Source: a virus (Duplodnaviria > Caudoviricetes). From it: a stretch of 30,560 nt of DNA. This document shows, in pieces, positions 26,919 to 30,560 of the stretch (position 1 is its first letter; each line of letters starts with the position of its first letter). The stretch spans positions 1 through 30,560 of the IMG/VR virus record IMGVR_UViG_3300014818_000021; one strand, given 5' to 3'. The translations under genes and the position numbers were made by a program. Below the pieces are notes generated by a model. That model had not been told where the DNA came from and searched no databases. It saw only the letters and a program-made list of their open reading frames with translations.

Positions 26919-28160
26919 ATGAAAACTTTTAAGCAAACATTACACGAAGCAGCTGGTAAGAACACGCACATGATTCACATCGAAGACCTCATTCTAGATG
27001 GTGGCGTTAAAGGTGCACGCCAGGCTATTAACGCTCTGAGATCATTAAGAGATATGCTATCAAGCAGCAGCAAATCAAAAGTAGATGTTACCGTTAAATG
27101 GGATGGAGCACCTGCAGTATTCGCAGGTGAAGATCCCTCGGATGGTTCATTCTTTGTGGCAAAAAAAGGCATCTTTAATGCTAATCCTAAGATCTATAAG
27201 TCTCACGCAGAAATTGATGCCGATACTAAAGGTGATTTAGCTACTAAGTTAAAGTTAGCATTTGATAATTTAAAAGGTCTTGGCATCAAAGGCGTTATTC
27301 AAGGCGACTTTATGTTTGATGCTAATGACCTAAAATCAGATAAGATTGATGGCGTAACATATACTACTTTTCATCCAAATACTATTGTTTATGCAGTACC
27401 AAAAGGATCTGCAATAGAGAAAGAAATCTCTGCTGCTAAGATCGGTATCGTATGGCATACTATCTACAATGGAGCAACCTTTGAAACAATGCAAGCAACC
27501 TTCGGCAAAGAGATAGTTACTAAACTAAAACCTAATAAGAATGTTTGGATGGTGGATGCCACTTTGCCTGATCTATCAGGTACAGTTACCATGACCGCTA
27601 AAGAGACCGCAGAGGTTACTGCTAAGCTATCCGCAGCAGGTAAGATCTTTAATAAGATATCTTCTGGAGTGTTAAAGGAGATTGAGAGCAATAAAGAACT
27701 TAATATGCTTATCAACATCTATAATAACACTAAGGTTAGACAAGGACAAAAGGTAACTGATACCACTAAACATGCTAAAGGATTGATTGATTTCGTTAAT
27801 ACGAGATACACTAAAGAGATTGATAAGAGAAAATCGCAAAAGGGTAAAGACACACAGATAGAGAAAAGGGACAAACTGCTTAGTTTCTTTTCCAAAAGCA
27901 ATGTAAATAACCTTAAATTAATCTTTGATTTGCATGGTTTGGTCATTGACAGTAAATTAATTATCATAAATAAACTTAACACACTGAGTAACATTAATAC
28001 TTTTGTGAAGACAACATCCGGATTTAAAGTAACCAACCCTGAGGGTTTTGTTGCTATAGATCGTATGGAAGGTGGAGCTGTTAAACTTGTTGATAGAATG
28101 GAATTTTCTACTAACAACTTTAGTAAAGATATTATAAAAGGCTGGGAAAATCCCAACTAA
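26919..28160 (+). CDS. Putative virion internal protein, ligase-superfamily nucleotidyltransferase-like (DUF6267-like)
   Basis: Leader MKTFKQTLHE; TVKWDG (motif I), IQGDFMF (III), PEGFV (IV), AVKLVDR (V). Confidence 0.6.
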   Translation: MKTFKQTLHEAAGKNTHMIHIEDLILDGGVKGARQAINALRSLRDMLSSSSKSKVDVTVKWDGAPAVFAGEDPSDGSFFVAKKGIFNANPKIYKSHAEIDADTKGDLATKLKLAFDNLKGLGIKGVIQGDFMFDANDLKSDKIDGVTYTTFHPNTIVYAVPKGSAIEKEISAAKIGIVWHTIYNGATFETMQATFGKEIVTKLKPNKNVWMVDATLPDLSGTVTMTAKETAEVTAKLSAAGKIFNKISSGVLKEIESNKELNMLINIYNNTKVRQGQKVTDTTKHAKGLIDFVNTRYTKEIDKRKSQKGKDTQIEKRDKLLSFFSKSNVNNLKLIFDLHGLVIDSKLIIINKLNTLSNINTFVKTTSGFKVTNPEGFVAIDRMEGGAVKLVDRMEFSTNNFSKDIIKGWENPN

Positions 28161-28182
28161 AATGGGTTAACCGAGGATTAAG

Positions 28183-28551
28183 ATGAAAACGTTTAAGGAA
28201 TTCGCAGAAGAGTGGCAGGAGGCTTTTACAATGCAGCAACGCATAAAAGCCAAGGCAACCTTCAAAAAGAATAAAGCAAAGATAGCTCTTGGTAAAAAGA
28301 AAGCGTCCAAGAAGCTAGCAAGTCCAGAGAAATTAAAATCCAGAGCGGAAAAGCAAGCTCGAAGTATGATTGCTAAGAACATTCTTAAGGATAAGGATAA
28401 GAGCGAGCTAGGCTTTGCTGGACGCCAAGGATTAGAGAAGAAGCTTGATAAGAAAAAGGGTGCAATCAAGAAGTTAGCTAAGAAGCTACTACCCTCTGTG
28501 AAAGCAGCAGATAGAGCCAAACTTCAATCAAAGAAAGAAGGTGATGAATGA
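28183..28551 (+). CDS. Lysine-rich putative virion internal protein
   Basis: Leader MKTFKEFAEE; very basic; GAGGA SD. Confidence 0.7.
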   Translation: MKTFKEFAEEWQEAFTMQQRIKAKATFKKNKAKIALGKKKASKKLASPEKLKSRAEKQARSMIAKNILKDKDKSELGFAGRQGLEKKLDKKKGAIKKLAKKLLPSVKAADRAKLQSKKEGDE

Positions 28552-29513
28552 TCAGATCCTTCACCCAATATCTTTCTGAAGATACTAAGAATGTGACGTT
28601 CGTGTTTGGACGTTTCAACCCGCCAACGGTTGGTCATGAAAAGCTTTTTGATAAACTTAAAAAAGAAGCTGGATCCGATGCATATAGAATCTATTCATCT
28701 AAGTCAAACGATCCCAAGAAAAATCCATTAGATTTTAAAACCAAGATCAAATTCCTACGTAGAATGTTCCCTAAACATGCGCGTAGCATTATGGCAGATT
28801 CAGATGTAAGAATGATATTAGATTGTGCCGTTAAACTATACGATCAAGGATTTACCAAAGTAACAATGGTAGCTGGATCAGATAGAGTTAACGAATTCTC
28901 TGCATTATTAAACAAGTACAACGGTGCGGAATCTAGACATGGTTTCTACAACTTCGAAAATGGTATTAAAGTAGTTAGTGCTGGGGATCGTGATCCTGAT
29001 TCAGAAGATGTATCAGGTATGTCAGCTTCTAAAATGAGAGCTGCAGCAGCTGCTAATGATATGGAAACATTTAGTAAAGGAGTTCCAGGAGGAGCGAAAG
29101 AAGTCACAGACCTATTCAATGCAGTACGCAAAGGCATGGGGTTAAAAGAATCACATCAATACCGCAAACATATCCAATTAGCTAAAGTGTCAGAAGAAAG
29201 AGAAGATTACATCGAAGGTAAGCTTTTCTCTGTTGGCGATACAGTTCAGCTTAAAGAATCAAATGAAGCAGGAGAAATACAATCCCTAGGTCCTAACTAT
29301 GTGGTTGTTAAGTTTGGTGAAGAAAAGAAAAGGGTTTGGCTAGAATCAATTGAAAAGATATCTGCTATAAGCGAAGAGAACGGCGCAGGAGACTTCGGTA
29401 CTGCAAAGCTCACCGCTAAATACATTAAGGATACCCCGGAACAAACCACCCCTAAACTTAAATCTTTTGTGGATATACATAAAGAGTTTAAGTCCGCGCA
29501 ATCAAAAGATTAA
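28548..29513 (+). CDS. HxGH-type nucleotidyltransferase (cytidylyltransferase/NMNAT/PPAT-like)
   Basis: FGRFNPPTVGH, VAGSDR, MSASKMR; leader MIRSFTQYLSE; C-terminal SH3/KOW-like segment. Confidence 0.8.
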   Translation: MIRSFTQYLSEDTKNVTFVFGRFNPPTVGHEKLFDKLKKEAGSDAYRIYSSKSNDPKKNPLDFKTKIKFLRRMFPKHARSIMADSDVRMILDCAVKLYDQGFTKVTMVAGSDRVNEFSALLNKYNGAESRHGFYNFENGIKVVSAGDRDPDSEDVSGMSASKMRAAAAANDMETFSKGVPGGAKEVTDLFNAVRKGMGLKESHQYRKHIQLAKVSEEREDYIEGKLFSVGDTVQLKESNEAGEIQSLGPNYVVVKFGEEKKRVWLESIEKISAISEENGAGDFGTAKLTAKYIKDTPEQTTPKLKSFVDIHKEFKSAQSKD

Positions 29514-29535
29514 TAATTTACCCGAAGGAATAATA

Positions 29536-30186
29536 ATGAAAACATTTAGCGAAATTAGATTAGACAGAACGGAAACGGTTGCAGAATCTCTAGACGAAAG
29601 TAAAATGTCCGAGCTACAGGATTACATCGATCAAGGTAAATCTGCAGAATGGATTGCTAAGAAGATAGGTTTCCCTGTTAAAGATGTTAAAGACTTTTTA
29701 AAGAATTATAAGAAAGAATCTGTCGATGAAGGCGTTGATAAATCAAGCCCGGTATACAAAGAATATCTTTCTTTAAAGAAAATGTCTATTAAAGACTTAC
29801 GACGCATGGTCGACCAACAACATCGCGGCCCGGTAGACTTATCTCAATATGATAAACAGGGTGCAATATCGGATCTTCTTCGTAACAAGTTCGGTAATAA
29901 AGCAGTAGCTACTGCTATGGGATTAGATGAATCAGTTGAGCTCGATGAAGCAAAACGCGGTGGTGATACTAAAACATTCAAAACATTAGAAGATTGGTTA
30001 ATGGCTGTTCTTTCTATTAAAGGTGTGAGTGTATCTAAATTCGGTAACAATTTAACTGCTGACGGTTTAGATCGTACTCAATCTGCAACATTCGACCTTA
30101 AAAAGGGTCGGGGTTCTTTACGCGAAAGTTTAAAAGAATCAGTTGATGAAGTTAAGAAAGTAGATTTTGCTCTTAAGAGCGCATAA
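29536..30186 (+). CDS. Putative virion internal polyprotein with repeated ES(V/L)DE linkers
   Basis: ATG 29536 follows AAGGA; leader MKTFSE; linkers ESLDE, ESVDE, ESVELDE, ESVDE. Confidence 0.65.
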   Translation: MKTFSEIRLDRTETVAESLDESKMSELQDYIDQGKSAEWIAKKIGFPVKDVKDFLKNYKKESVDEGVDKSSPVYKEYLSLKKMSIKDLRRMVDQQHRGPVDLSQYDKQGAISDLLRNKFGNKAVATAMGLDESVELDEAKRGGDTKTFKTLEDWLMAVLSIKGVSVSKFGNNLTADGLDRTQSATFDLKKGRGSLRESLKESVDEVKKVDFALKSA

Positions 30187-30188
30187 TC

Positions 30189-30560
30189 ATGAAATCGTTT
30201 AAATCTACTTTAACCGAAGGCGTTAATGATCCTGCAATCTTTAAGGCTATCTTTTTAGCCGGAGGTCCGGGATCAGGTAAGTCATATGTTACTAAGCAGG
30301 CTATACCAGGTTCTTTAGGTCTGAAGACTATTAACTCCGATGAGGTTTTTGAATTGAAGATGAAAGCGTCTGATCTTAATATGGATCCAGATACTATATC
30401 ATCCCCGGAAGGACAATCAATACGAAAAAATGCTAAGGATATTACAGGAAGAAGATCCAAGCTATATATAACAGGCAGGCTAGGATTAGTCATAGACGGA
30501 ACTGGTAAGGATTTTGATAAGATAGAGTCACAAGTTAGGCATTTAAAATCCCTGGGATAT
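30189..30560 (+). CDS. P-loop kinase (zeta-toxin/AAA_33-like), truncated by the window edge
   Basis: Manual translation: MKSFKSTLTEGVNDPAIFKAIFLAGGPGSGKS...INSD...GLVIDGTG; open to the end of the window. Confidence 0.8.
   Translation, partial: MKSFKSTLTEGVNDPAIFKAIFLAGGPGSGKSYVTKQAIPGSLGLKTINSDEVFELKMKASDLNMDPDTISSPEGQSIRKNAKDITGRRSKLYITGRLGLVIDGTGKDFDKIESQVRHLKSLGY

Noticed and set aside
1078-30493. All - strand ORFs and nested alternate-frame + ORFs in the track (e.g. 9427-9795, 13978-14316, 27719-28156, 30173-30493, 6664-6912, 17923-18114)
   Set aside because: They are shadows of well-supported + strand genes and show no recognisable motifs or promoters.

Overview
A 30.6 kb segment of a T4-like (T4-superfamily) myovirus genome. 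The host is probably a Gammaproteobacterium, inferred from the bS21 sequence type, and a marine origin is suggested by cyanophage/pelagiphage-like gene content. Essentially all real genes are on the + strand. Region 1-25.4 kb is the early/replication module: gp55, gp47/46, VWA + CobS-like AAA, gp45, gp44, dexA, gp62, regA, hsp20, gp43, an AEP-type primase, bS21, uvsX, gp41, thyX and a dsbA-like gene. It is punctuated by 12 near-identical sigma70-type phage promoters (GGGG-TTTACA/TTACGG-N17-TATAAT). Two candidate systems stand out. (1) A promoter-led operon at 17.0-20.3 kb encodes a DenB-like nuclease, an all-alpha nucleotide-modification domain, a dCMP-type thymidylate-synthase homologue, an asparagine-synthetase-like amidotransferase and a dCMP deaminase, with ThyX elsewhere in the window. 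This suggests an amidotransferase-dependent cytosine modification pathway. (2) Behind a T4 late promoter (TATAAATA, 25404), six consecutive genes start with a T4 internal-protein-type capsid-targeting leader (MKTFxxxxxE). They encode a nuclease-like protein, a KxDG ligase-like protein, an HxGH nucleotidyltransferase, a probable protease-processed polyprotein and a P-loop kinase, i.e. a likely virion-injected enzyme cargo. Family assignments come from motif recognition only; no searches were run.
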